This document shows, in pieces, positions 1 through 9,054 of a stretch of 32,000 nucleotides of DNA. Every line of letters starts with the position of its first letter. Positions within the stretch are counted from its first letter, which is position 1. This DNA comes from an uncultured Actinomycetes bacterium (GTDB lineage: Bacteria; Actinomycetota; Thermoleophilia; Gaiellales; Gaiellaceae): NCBI GenBank assembly GCA_963718065.1, contig CAVQYE010000019.1:185513-217512 (forward strand), given 5' to 3'. Below the pieces are notes generated by a model. It was not told the origin of the DNA. It searched no databases and saw only the letters and a program-made list of their open reading frames with translations. Both the position numbers and the translations under genes were made by a program.

Positions 1-1250
1 ATGACGCCGGGGCGAGCGTAGAGCCGGTGTCCCGACTCGAGACTCGACACGGTCACGGTGCCGAACGTGTCGGCCAGGTAACCGAGGACGGCGAGCACCC
101 GGACGTCGATCCGTCCGGCCTCGACATCTGCACGGCCCGAAGGCATCAGCACGACCCGTTCGTCAGCGAGCAGGCGCTTCGAGAGAGCGTCCTTGCGGGC
201 CTTCAGGCCCTGGACGAGCGAGAGCATGCCGACGGCCCGGTCGTAGTGGGCGAGTGCGACTGCGCGATCCGCGACGCCGGTGTTGCCGGCACTCGCGAGC
301 ACGCGGTCCCACGCCCGGCCGTGCCCGGAGGCGAGCCGTGAGGCGAGCTCCTGCAGGCTTCCGTTCGCACCCTCGGCGCGATACGTCCCGAGCAGGAGCG
401 CCCAGTCGACGTGGTATTGACGAGCGACCGCGCGGACGCGCTTCGCGAAGCCCTTCGAGAGCCGCGCGCTGGGCGGGATCGGGTCGGGCAGCGCCGCGTT
501 GACCCAGACGATGCTCGCCGAGCTCGGTGCGTGGACTTCCGGATCGGGGGCGGGCGCGGCGAGGGGAGCAGTCGCGACCGGCTCCGATACCGCCTTCGGC
601 TCGGCGGCGACCGTTGCGCGATGCACGACGTGCACCGGCTTCGGGGCAGCGGCCGCCGGCGCAGCGCTCGGCGCCGACCAGGTGCCGTGGACGGCCTCGG
701 GCGCGGCCGCGACGTCAACCGCCGGTGCGGGGGTTGCTGCAGGAGCCGGGACTGCTGCCGGCACCTCGACGGGCGTGGGCGTTGCTGCCGGTGCGGCTTC
801 CGGTGCAGGCTCTGCGGCCGGCGCGGCCGCCGGGTCGGTCGCCGTGGTCTCGTCGGTCGCTCCGTCCGGGTCGAGCGTCTCGGCTGAGACAGCGTCAGTC
901 GTCGTCGCCGTGGTCGACGTGTCGGTCGCGGTGGCGAGCGTGGGCGGATCGTCGAGCAGCTCGGCGACCCGCGAGCCGGCGCCGGCCGTGAAGGCGGCGC
1001 CCGCGAAGAAGATCACGGCCATCGCCGCGACGGCAAGGCGGTGATGGACGCGCGGACGGCTCAGCCGGGAGGCGCGCAGGCGCGGCTCGGCGAAGATCGG
1101 CGGCGGCACGGACGCGGGCGGCGGGCCCGCCGGCATCGCGTCGGCCCGCGCGGGCAGCGCGGTCCCAGCAGGGGCACGGTCGCGCCACGAAAGTGCGGCG
1201 GCGACACCGAGCGCGAAGACGAACAGGACATGAAGGCGGCGTAGGGGCAT
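1..1250 (-). CDS. Partial (3' end off-window) membrane-anchored or secreted protein with a long Pro/Ala/Thr-rich linker; C-terminal domain possibly LAS/M15-peptidase-like (weak)
   Basis: Absent from the ORF track because it runs off the left edge. ATG at 1250-1248 (minus) has GAGGAG 7 nt upstream. The translation MPLRRLHVLFVFALGVAAALSW... is open down to position 1. It has hydrophobic N-terminal segments, a ~150-aa P/A/T-rich stretch, then an unbiased domain (...YHVDWALLLGTYRAEGANG...LAVLGYLADTFGTVTVSSLESGHRLYARPG). The peptidase idea rests only on the SGH context. Confidence 0.6.
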   Translation of the reverse strand, partial: MPLRRLHVLFVFALGVAAALSWRDRAPAGTALPARADAMPAGPPPASVPPPIFAEPRLRASRLSRPRVHHRLAVAAMAVIFFAGAAFTAGAGSRVAELLDDPPTLATATDTSTTATTTDAVSAETLDPDGATDETTATDPAAAPAAEPAPEAAPAATPTPVEVPAAVPAPAATPAPAVDVAAAPEAVHGTWSAPSAAPAAAAPKPVHVVHRATVAAEPKAVSEPVATAPLAAPAPDPEVHAPSSASIVWVNAALPDPIPPSARLSKGFAKRVRAVARQYHVDWALLLGTYRAEGANGSLQELASRLASGHGRAWDRVLASAGNTGVADRAVALAHYDRAVGMLSLVQGLKARKDALSKRLLADERVVLMPSGRADVEAGRIDVRVLAVLGYLADTFGTVTVSSLESGHRLYARPGV

Positions 1251-1406
1251 TGCCCAACTCCTCGGATTGGGCGCCCAGGCCACCCCTGCGGCGCGATTTC
1301 GGTCTTGCCCTACGTGGACCCGCCGCCGCAGACGGGCTCACCCCCTCAACGTCGGCAGGCGTCTCACCTTCTCCGTCCCTCACATGAGGGATCCGCGGCC
1401 GAAAGA

Positions 1407-1742
1407 TCAGCCGAGCGTCAGCTGCTCGCCCTCGCGGAGCCCCTGCCCCGCTCCCTCAGCGAGCTCGATCACGGCCTTCGCGCCACGCTTGGAGGCGAAC
1501 CGCCACGGCCGGACCGTCTGGACACCGACCACGCGCAGCTCCCGGTCGACAAAGACCGCGTCGATCGCGAACCGCATGAAGAGCATGTGGATCGATCCGG
1601 CCGGCTTGAGGAAGATGCCCTCGTCCGGATCGAGCGAGGCTCGGCCGAGCAGTCCCCGCATCCGCGAGAACGGGTTTGAAGCGACCGCGCAACGAGCGCA
1701 CAGCACGGTTCCGTCCTCGCGAGTCACTGCCGCCGTCTTCAT
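1407..1742 (-). CDS. DUF192-family small protein
   Basis: Lies in ORF 1407..1892(-). The likely true start is ATG at 1742 (MKTAAVTREDGTVLCARCAVASNPFSRMRGLLGR...GIFLKPAGSIHMLFMRFAIDAVFVD...VIELAEG), which matches the DUF192 pattern as I remember it. It is divergent from the flp operon. Confidence 0.7.
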   Translation of the reverse strand: MKTAAVTREDGTVLCARCAVASNPFSRMRGLLGRASLDPDEGIFLKPAGSIHMLFMRFAIDAVFVDRELRVVGVQTVRPWRFASKRGAKAVIELAEGAGQGLREGEQLTLG

Positions 1743-2005
1743 GGCGCTAAACCTAGCCCAGTCACTCGATCGAGTGAATCGGCGCGCACCGGCGCAAGAA
1801 TCGCCCACCTGGGGGTTCTTAGACCTCGCAACTCGCCCGACAGTTGGGTCAAGCAAACGAGCAGGCGGCGCGGCACGCCGAGGGAGGTTCACCCTTCGTG
1901 ACCAGCGCTACCACTCGTCCCACCACCCCTATCAGCAATTGGTCGACCGGCACGTCTGACGCAGCCGTGTCCGACCTCCCCGTGCATCGAAGGGAGGTGA
2001 ATCGC

Positions 2006-2167
2006 ATGCAGAAGTTCATCGCTCGCTTCCAGCGCGAGGAGGGCCAGACGATGGCGGAGTACGGCGTCGTGTTGGCCGTCATTACCGTCGCCGTGGTCGG
2101 CGTTCTGATGCTCCTTTCCGGCTCGATCCAGGCCGCAATCCAGGGCGTCATCGACGCTATCTCGTAA
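2006..2167 (+). CDS. flp: Flp-family type IVb prepilin
   Basis: ATG at 2006 lies 5 nt after GGGAGGTGA. The 53-aa product is MQKFIARFQREEGQTMAEYGVVLAVITVAVVGVLMLL..., with the Flp processing motif G/xxxxEY followed by a hydrophobic helix. The ORF-track start at 1844 is too far upstream. Confidence 0.85.
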   Translation: MQKFIARFQREEGQTMAEYGVVLAVITVAVVGVLMLLSGSIQAAIQGVIDAIS

Positions 2168-2181
2168 GGAATCGCATTTCG

Positions 2182-2223
2182 GCGGCGGGCCTCGATCCGC
2201 ATGAGGCTCGCCGCTTCTTTCCC
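2182..2223 (+). terminator. Stem-loop plus T-rich tail immediately after flp (intrinsic terminator or attenuator candidate)
   Basis: GCGGCGGGCCTC (2182-2193) pairs with GAGGCTCGCCGC (2203-2214), giving 12 bp with one G-U pair. The loop is 9 nt and the stem is followed by TTCTTTCCC. Confidence 0.5.
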
Positions 2224-2295
2224 AGTCCGATCCCGCCGCAACACGTTCCACTCACACACCCGTCCCACCCGCCACCGCAAGACCAAACGCCGCCA

Positions 2296-2691
2296 ATGAA
2301 ACTTTTCCGCATCAAGCACAGCTCAGAGCGAGGCCAGGCCATGGTCGAGTTCGTCCTGGTCCTCCCCGCCCTGCTCCTGATCCTGCTGGCGATCATGCAG
2401 CTCGGGATCGTCTTCAAGAACTACGTCACGCTGACGGACGCCGTCCGCGCCGGCGCACGCAAGGCCGCGGTCTCGCGTCGCGATCCCTGTCCGGTCTGCG
2501 TCGCCACGGCCGCCGTGAAGAAGTCCGGCGCCGGGCTCGGCACCAGCCTCGTGGTCAACGTCACGCCCTCACCCTGGACAGCAGGATCCGACGTCACCGT
2601 CTCTGCCACCTACAACTACGAAGTCGATCTACTCGGCCTCGTCCTGCACAGCGGGAAGATGACGAGCTCGACGACGGAGCGGGTCGAATAA
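2296..2691 (+). CDS. tadE: TadE-like pseudopilin
   Basis: 131 aa. The N-terminus MKLFRIKHSSERGQAMVEFVLVLPALLLILLAIMQLG carries the TadE/TadG-type motif (G-x-x-x-VEF plus a hydrophobic helix). It sits between flp and cpaB. Confidence 0.8.
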   Translation: MKLFRIKHSSERGQAMVEFVLVLPALLLILLAIMQLGIVFKNYVTLTDAVRAGARKAAVSRRDPCPVCVATAAVKKSGAGLGTSLVVNVTPSPWTAGSDVTVSATYNYEVDLLGLVLHSGKMTSSTTERVE

Positions 2692-2770
2692 CCGCTCGCG
2701 GCATCCAGGCGGCCCGAAGTTCGGGCTCGCGACCTCGCACTCGACGACCAACGCAAAGGAAACGGCACAC

Positions 2771-3547
2771 ATGACCTACCGCGCCAGAAACATCCTCGTC
2801 GCCGTGGCGCTCTCGCTCGTTGCCGCGCTGCTGACGACCTTCTATGTGACCAACTACAAGCGGAACGTCCAGACCGGCGAGGACAACGTGAAGGTCTTCG
2901 TCGCCGCCAAGGACGTACCGGCCGGTACCTCCGGCTCCGAGCTCGTGAGCAAGAACCTCCTCACGTCGGAAAGCGTCGCCAAGCGCACGGTGGTCCCGGG
3001 CGCGATCTCCAGTCCCGACCAGGTCCAGCGCCTCGTCCTCAACGAGCCGCTGTACGCCGGCGAGCAGGTCACCGCCCGCCGCTTCGGCAGCGTCCAGCAG
3101 CAGGGCATCCAGGCCAAGCTGAAGGGGACGCTCCGCGCCTACCAGCTCCCCGGAGACACGAACCAGCTGCTCGCAGGGACGCTCAACGATGGCGACCACG
3201 TCGACGTCGTCGTGACGATCCGGCCCGATCCCACGAAGGAGGACCGCGTAACCCGCATCGTGCTCCGGGACCTCGAGGTCCTGCGCGCACCGGTCTCCCC
3301 CGAGGTCTCGGGCAGGCTGTCCAACACGTCATCCGGCCAGGCCAACGTCCAGCTCGCCGTTCGCGATACGCAGGTGCAGAAGCTCCAGCAGGCGACGGCA
3401 GCCGGCGCACAGTCCGACTGGTCGCTCCAGCTCCGCCCGGTCGTCGATCCGGCAGACAGCCCGGAGACGCTCGAGTCGAACGACACCCTGATCAAGGACG
3501 GGCTCCGCGCGTCCGAGCTCAAGAACCTCCCGAGGAGTGGAAGATGA
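2771..3547 (+). CDS. cpaB: CpaB/RcpC-family Flp pilus assembly protein (N-terminal TM plus SAF-like domain)
   Basis: 258 aa and intact. It has a TM helix (ILVAVALSLVAALLTTFYV) and then VKVFVAAKDVPAGTSGSELVSKNLLTSESVAKRTVVPGAISSPDQV...LNEPLYAGEQVTARRFG, typical of CpaB. Its stop overlaps the next start as ATGA at 3544. Confidence 0.85.
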   Translation: MTYRARNILVAVALSLVAALLTTFYVTNYKRNVQTGEDNVKVFVAAKDVPAGTSGSELVSKNLLTSESVAKRTVVPGAISSPDQVQRLVLNEPLYAGEQVTARRFGSVQQQGIQAKLKGTLRAYQLPGDTNQLLAGTLNDGDHVDVVVTIRPDPTKEDRVTRIVLRDLEVLRAPVSPEVSGRLSNTSSGQANVQLAVRDTQVQKLQQATAAGAQSDWSLQLRPVVDPADSPETLESNDTLIKDGLRASELKNLPRSGR

Positions 3548-4753
3548 GCACCGACAATCAGACCAACGACCCGGGTCACGAGCGCGTCCGCATCTTCGTG
3601 ACGGGTGACTGCGAAGGGCTCGCGTCACTGCGCGACTCCCTCGCCGCCCATCACGAGCTCGAGCTCGTCGGTACCTCGGAGCACGTCGCCCAGGCCACCG
3701 CCACGCTCGCCGGCGGGCATCTCGACTGCGTCCTCCACGCGACGCGCATCGAGCTCGCTTCCCGCCGGCGAGATCGCGGCGATCCGCGAGCAGACGCGCG
3801 CGCCGATCTTCGTGATCGCCTCGGGCGAGTCCTCCGCGCTGCTCGAGGAGGCGCTCGAGGCCGACGTCACCGACGTCCTGCTCCTGCCGCAGCTGACGGA
3901 GAACGTCGTCTTCGCGATCCGCAAGGCCGCCAACGCGAAGCGGCGGTCCACGTGGCCAGCGGCGCGGCGCAAGCACGACGGGCGCATCGTCACCGTCTTC
4001 TCGCCGAAGGGCGGGACGGGCAAGACCGTGATCGCGACGAACCTCGCCGCCGCGTTCGCCAAGTACGAGCAGAAGCGCACGCTGCTGCTCGACCTCGACC
4101 TGCAGTTCGGCGACGCCGCGATCATGCTCGGCCTCGAGCCGGACAAGACGATCTACGACCTCGTCGTCGCTCCGGGCGAGCTCGACGCCGAGAAGCTCGC
4201 CGGCTACATCACCCGGCACCCGTGCGGGCTCGACGTCCTCCCCGCGCCGCTCCGCCCGGAGGACGCAGAGCTCGTCACGGAAGGCAAGCTCGCGCGCCTG
4301 CTCGAGGTCGCCCGCGAGCGCCTACGACGTGATCGTCGTCGACACCTCGCCGTTCTTCCACGGCCCGATGCTGGCGACGCTCGACCGCACCGACGAGCTG
4401 CTGATGGTCTGCGGGCTCGACGTGCCGACGCTGAAGAACGTCCGGCTCAGCCTGCAGACGCTCGAGCTGCTCTCGTTCCCGTCGAAGCGGATCCGCTTCG
4501 TCCTGAACCGCGCCAACTCGAAGGTCGGCCTGAAGAAGAGCGAGGTCGAGGCGGCGCTCGAAGGTGAAGATCGAGTTCGAGGTGCCGAGCGACCGGACGG
4601 TGCCGCTGTCGGTCAACCGCGGCAACCCGGCCGTCCTCTCCGACCCGGGTGCGACTTCTCGAAGGCGATCCGCGAGCTCGCCAAGAGCGCTGCAACCCGA
4701 CCGAGGACAAGCAGAAGCAGCGCAGGCGCGTCCTCTCGCTTGCGAAGGCCTGA
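3544..4753 (+). pseudogene. cpaE: CpaE/TadZ-type pilus-assembly ATPase (REC-like N-domain plus MinD/ParA-like domain), readable only across about 5 frame changes
   Basis: Pieces in successive frames are MSTDNQ...RIFVTGDCEGL...LDCVLHAT, then PAGEIAAIREQTRAPIFVIASGE...GRIVTVFSPKGGTGKTVIATNLAAAF...LLEVARER, then YDVIVVDTSPFFHGPMLATL...[23 protein letters not shown], then [28 protein letters not shown], then [12 protein letters not shown], then [18 protein letters not shown]. The junctions lie near 3750, 4320, 4560, 4648 and 4695. TGA at 4751-4753 sits 2 nt before the cpaF ATG. Confidence 0.8.
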
Positions 4754-4755
4754 CG

Positions 4756-6202
4756 ATGGGCCTCCACGACCGCCTCTCCAAGCAAACGGCGCCGACTCAG
4801 AACGGCACCGCGCTCAGCTCGCGCCGACGCAGGCGCAAGCAGGACACGGACGTCGAGGTTCGCCGGGCGGCCGATCCGTACGCGCGAGCTGAAGACGCCG
4901 GATCCACCACGCCGTGCATCGCCAAGCTCGGCCCGGAGCTCTTCAAGAGGGAGCCCGCCGAGGACCTGATGGAGCGCGTGCTCCGCGGTCGTCACCGAGC
5001 AGCTCGCGCTCGACCGGACGCCGCTGACCCGCGACGAGCGGCGGCGGATCGTCCGCGAGATCACCGACGACATCCTCGGCTACGGGCCGCTCGAGCCGCT
5101 CCTCGCGACGACTCCGTCACCGAGGTCATGGTCAACGCCTACGACCAGGTCTACGTCGAGCGCGCCGGCAAGATCGAGCAGACGGACGTCCGCTTCGTCG
5201 ACGACGCCCACCTGCTGCGGATCATCGACAAGATCGTCTCGCAGGTCGGCCGCCGCATCGACGAGTCGTCGCCGATGGTCGACGCCCGCCTCCCGGACGG
5301 CAGCCGCGTCAACGCGATCATCCCGCCGCTCGCGCTGCGCGGGCCGACGCTGACGATCCGGAAGTTCTCGCGCGACCCGTACACGATGGACGACCTGATC
5401 GCGTTCGGCTCGCTCACGGCGAAGGCCGCGCAGTTCCTCGCCGCCTGCGTCAGGGGCAAGCTGAACATCCTCATCTCCGGCGGTACCGGCACCGGCAAGA
5501 CGACGATGCTGAACGCGATGTCGGCGTTCGTCCCGGACGACGAGCGCATCGTCACGATCGAGGACGCGGCCGAGCTCCAGCTCCAGCAGGAGCACGTGAT
5601 CACGCTCGAGTCGCGCCCGCCGAACATCGAGGGCCAGGGCGAGGTGCGGATCCGCGAGCTCGTCCGGAACGCCCTGCGCATGCGCCCCGACCGGATCATC
5701 GTCGGCGAGGTCCGCGGCGCGGAGACGCTGGACATGCTCCAGGCGATGAACACCGGCCACGAGGGCTCGCTGACGACGATCCACGCGAACTCGCCGCGCG
5801 ACGCGCTCGCCCGGCTCGAGACGCTCGTGCTGACCGCCGGCGTCGAGCTGCCGCTTCGCGCGATCCGCGAGCAGATCGCCTCGCGCGTTCGACCTGCTCG
5901 TCCAGATCTCGCGCCTCGTCGACGGCTCGCGCCGCGTCACGCACATCACCGAGGTGCTCGGCATGGAGTCCGACGTGATCACGCTGCAGGACATCTTCGT
6001 CGCGAAGCCGCCGGACGAGGAGCAGGCGCCGACGTCGCGCGGCACCCGCCTGCTCGCGCCGCTCGCCTGCACCGGCCTCAAGCCGCACTTCCTCGAGAAG
6101 ATGGCGACGAACGGCGTCGTCCTGCCGCCGACGTTCTTCCGGCGGACGAGCCGAGCAGCCGCCCGACGTTCGCCGCAGCCGGCTTCGGCAGGCTACGAGT
6201 GA
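4756..6202 (+). pseudogene. cpaF: CpaF/TadA secretion ATPase, readable only across about 6 frame changes
   Basis: It carries Walker A (GGTGTGKTT), [12 protein letters not shown] and the His box [13 protein letters not shown]. Frame changes lie at 4885, 4898, 4914 (all +1), about 4987 (+1), about 5105 (-1) and 5884-5887 (+1). Bridging them restores [72 protein letters not shown] and [43 protein letters not shown]. The gene ends in the frame of ORF 5954..6202. Confidence 0.85.
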
Positions 6203-8129
6203 GGCGCGTGCTCGCTCTGCAACCGGCGGCGCTGCTCGCGCTCGCCGCGGTCGCCGCCGCGGCGGGCCGCCGCGGCGGCGGCGCGGAGTCCATCTGCGCC
6301 GTCGACACGACCGGCTATCCCGACGTCCGCGTCTCCGGTCGTCACGCGTCCGCCGTCGTCGACCACCGCCCGCGCTCACCGAGAACGGCCGGCCGGTGTC
6401 GCGGCGCTCGAGACGCAGAACCTCGGCCGCGCGAAGAGCGTCGTGCTCGCGATCGACCGTTCGCAGTCGATGACGGGCCAGCCGATCGCGCGACGCGATC
6501 GCCGCCGCGCGGGCGTTCGTCGCCGGCGAAGGCCGACGGCCGATCGGGTCGCGATCGTCGCCTTCGGCCACACGCGCCGTCGCGCTGACCGGCTTCTCGG
6601 CCTCGACCATCGACGCCGACACCGCGCTGCGCTCCGGCCGTCGACGTCGACGCGACAGCCGGCACCGCGCTCTACGACGCCGTCGATCCTCGCCGCCCGC
6701 AGCTCTGCGCGCCGAGCCGCTGCCGGGCCGGGTCGCTGATCGTCGCTCACCGACGGGCACGACGTCTCGAGCAACGCCACGCTCGAGGACGCCGATCGCG
6801 ACGCGCGCGCGCAGCACGGCGTCGCCGTCTACCCCGTCGGCGATCGAGGCGCCCAGCTTCGACGCCGCGCCGCTCCAGCGTCTCGCCGCGTCGACCGGCG
6901 GCACGCTACCACGCGGCACGCTCGACGAGCGCGCCTCGCCGGCGATCTACGCCGCGCATCGCGGACGAGCTCGCACGCACCTGGCGCGTCGCGTACCTGA
7001 CCGCCGCCCGCCCGGGCGACGCTCTGCGGCTCCGGCACGCGTGCCCGGCACCGGCTCCGCGGCTGCATCCGTCGCGCTGCCCGCGCGGTCGCAACTCGGC
7101 GCGGCGCCGGCTGCCGAGCCGTCGCGCCTGCTTCCGGCTGCGCTCTACGACGGCGCCGGCACGTTCGTGCTCGGACTCGCGGTCGCGCTCCTCGATCCTG
7201 CTCGCGTACTGCGTTCGCTCCTCGCCGCGCGGGAGGGCCGCGGCTCACGCGCCGCCTGGCGCCGCACCTCGCAGGGATCGCGAAGGCGCGAAGCGCAAGC
7301 GCCAGGCGCGACGAGCGGCTCGCCGGCTTGCCGCAACATCCTCGAGGCGACCGAGCAGCCTTCGGCGCACCTGAAGCAGTGGCACGCGGTCCAGCGCCTG
7401 CTCGAGCGCGCCGACCTGCCGCTGAAGACGGTCGAGCTCCTCTACATCGCCGTCGGCGTCGGGCTTCGTCTCGGCATCCTCGTCGCCGTGCTGGCGTCGC
7501 CGCCGCTGATCGTGCTCGTCGCGCTTCTTCGTCGGCGGCTCGCTCCCGTTCCTCTTCGCGACCTTCAAGGCGACGCGCCGGCTGACGCCGTTCGAGAACC
7601 AGCTGCCCGACCTGCTGATCACGATCGCCGCGTCGCTCAAGGCGGGCCACAGCTTCCGCCAGGGCATCCAGACCGTCGTCGACGAAGGCCCGCACGCCGG
7701 CGGCGAAGGAGTTCAAGCGCGTGCTCACCGAGACGCGCCTCGGCCGTCCGATGGACGACGCGCTCGAGCGACATGGCCGACGCGCGTCGGCTCGAAGAAC
7801 CTCGACGTTCGTCGTCACCGCCGTCACGATCCAGCGCCAGGTCGGCGGCTCGCTCGCCGGGCTCTTCGACATGGTCGCCGAGGCCGTCCGCCAGCGGCAG
7901 CAGTTCGCCCGCAAGATCAAGGGCCTGACCGCGATGGGCCGCATGTCCGCCTACGTGCTCGTCGGCCTGCCGTTCTTCATCGCGCTCGCGCTGACGCTCA
8001 TGAACCGCGAGTACATGGCGCCGCTCTACCACACCTCGACCGGCCACAAGCTGATCATCGGTCGGCGCTCGTGATGATGGCGCTTCGGCAGCGTCCTCCT
8101 CAAGCAAGATCGTCTCCTTCAGGGGGTGA
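6199..8129 (+). pseudogene. tadB: Fusion of an N-terminal vWA domain (MIDAS DxSxS) with a TadB-type (T2SS-F family) platform protein; extremely fragmented (my hand count is about 30-40 frame changes)
   Basis: GTG at 6199 overlaps the cpaF stop (GTGA). vWA fragments are scattered over three frames: [139 protein letters not shown] and IADELARTWRVAYLTAARPGDALRL. TadB fragments are HLKQWHAVQRLLERADLPLKTVELLYIAVGVGL, FFVGGSLPFLFATFKATRRLTPFENQLPDLLITIAASLKAGHSFRQGIQTVVDEGP, AAKEFKRVLTETRLGRPMDDALE, RVGSKNLD and FVVTAVTIQRQVGGSLAGLFDMVAEAVRQRQQFARKIKGLTAMGRMSAYVLVGLPFFIALALTLMNREYMAPLYHTSTGHKLII. The likely stop is TGA at 8127-8129. Confidence 0.75.
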
Positions 8130-9054
8130 ACCCGATGCTGCTCGTACTCGCCGTCCGCCTGTCTCGCCGCCGCCGCCTATCTTCGCTCGGCGAGGTCGTC
8201 ACGTCACCCGCGCGGGAGCGCCAGCGCGTCGGTCCGGCGCGCGCGCCGACTACGGCCGCGTGCGCCTGCCGGAGCGCCGGCCGAGCGGCGCGCGCTTCCA
8301 CGAGCGCGTCATCGTGCCCGCTGGCCGGCTCGCTCGCCGCGATCGTCCTCCGCCTCAACCCGACGCACGACCATCGAGGCGATCGCAGCGAGGCTGCTCG
8401 CAGCCGGCCTCCGCAGCGTCACGCCGACGACGTTCCTGGCCGCGAAGGGCGGGCTGCGGCGGCTCGGGCCTCGTGCTCGGCCTGCATCGCCGGCGGCTCG
8501 AAGGGCCCCGGCGACGGGCTCCTCGTTCGCCGCTGCTCTTCGGCAGCGCTCGGGTTCATCGCGCCCGGACGTGCTGCTCACCTCGAAGCGCGCACGCGCC
8601 GGCGCGACGCGATCCGCGAGCCAGCTGCCGGACGCGCTCGACCTGCTCGCCGTCTCGGTCGAGGCCGGCCTCGGCTTCGACGGCGCGGTCGACGAAGCTG
8701 ACCGAGCACATGGACGGCGCCGCTCGTCGAGGAGTTCGCGCTGACGCTCGGCGAGATGCGGATCGGCGAGTCCGGCAGGACGCGCTCAAGAAGCTCGCCG
8801 AGCGCGTCGCACGCGCCGAGGTCGCCGCGTTCGTCCGCGCGATCATCCAGGCCGACCAGCTCGGCATCTCGCTCGGCCGGATCCTGCGCGTGCAGGCCGC
8901 CGACACGCGGCTGCCGCCGCCAGGCGGCCGCCGAGGAGACGGGCGATGAAGGCGCCGATCAAGATGCTCTTCCCGACGGTGCTCTTCATCTTCCCGGCGA
9001 TGTTCCTCGTCATCCTCGGCCCGGCGTTGATCAACCTCGCGCAAGGTCTTCTGA
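8126..9054 (+). pseudogene. tadC: TadC-type (T2SS-F family) platform protein, fragmented (about 15-20 frame changes by hand count)
   Basis: GTG at 8126 (or ATG at 8135) overlaps the tadB stop. Fragments in three frames are MLLVLAV, ACLAAAAYLR, ADYGRVRLPERRPSGARFHERVIVP, LAGSLAAIVLRLNP, TIEAIAARLLAAGLRSVTPTTFLAAKGGL, SQLPDALDLLAVSVEAGLGFDGAV, LTEHMDG, DALKKLAERVARAEVAAFVRAIIQADQLGISLGRILRVQAADTR, RRQAAEE and MKAPIKMLFPTVLFIFPAMFLVILGPALINL. The 3' end is uncertain. A TGA at 9052-9054 (frame 1) overlaps the next ATG as TGATG. Confidence 0.7.

Noticed and set aside
499-1044. A 181-aa Ala/Gly/Ser/Val-rich plus-strand ORF and neighbouring ORFs at 27..341, 203..718 and 895..1383
   Set aside because: They mirror the Pro/Ala/Thr-rich linker of the real minus-strand gene (1..1250), which has an RBS, a membrane anchor and an unbiased C-terminal domain.
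1375-1400. The palindrome CCCTCA-TG-TGAGGG downstream of the DUF192 gene as a terminator
   Set aside because: The stem is only about 5-6 bp with a minimal loop and no U-tract, which is not convincing.
3329-7944. Long minus-strand ORFs across the Tad block (3329..4219, 5080..6081, 5696..6919, 6829..7944)
   Set aside because: They are Arg-rich antisense frames. The plus strand carries CpaE, CpaF, vWA and TadB peptide segments with Walker and MIDAS motifs.
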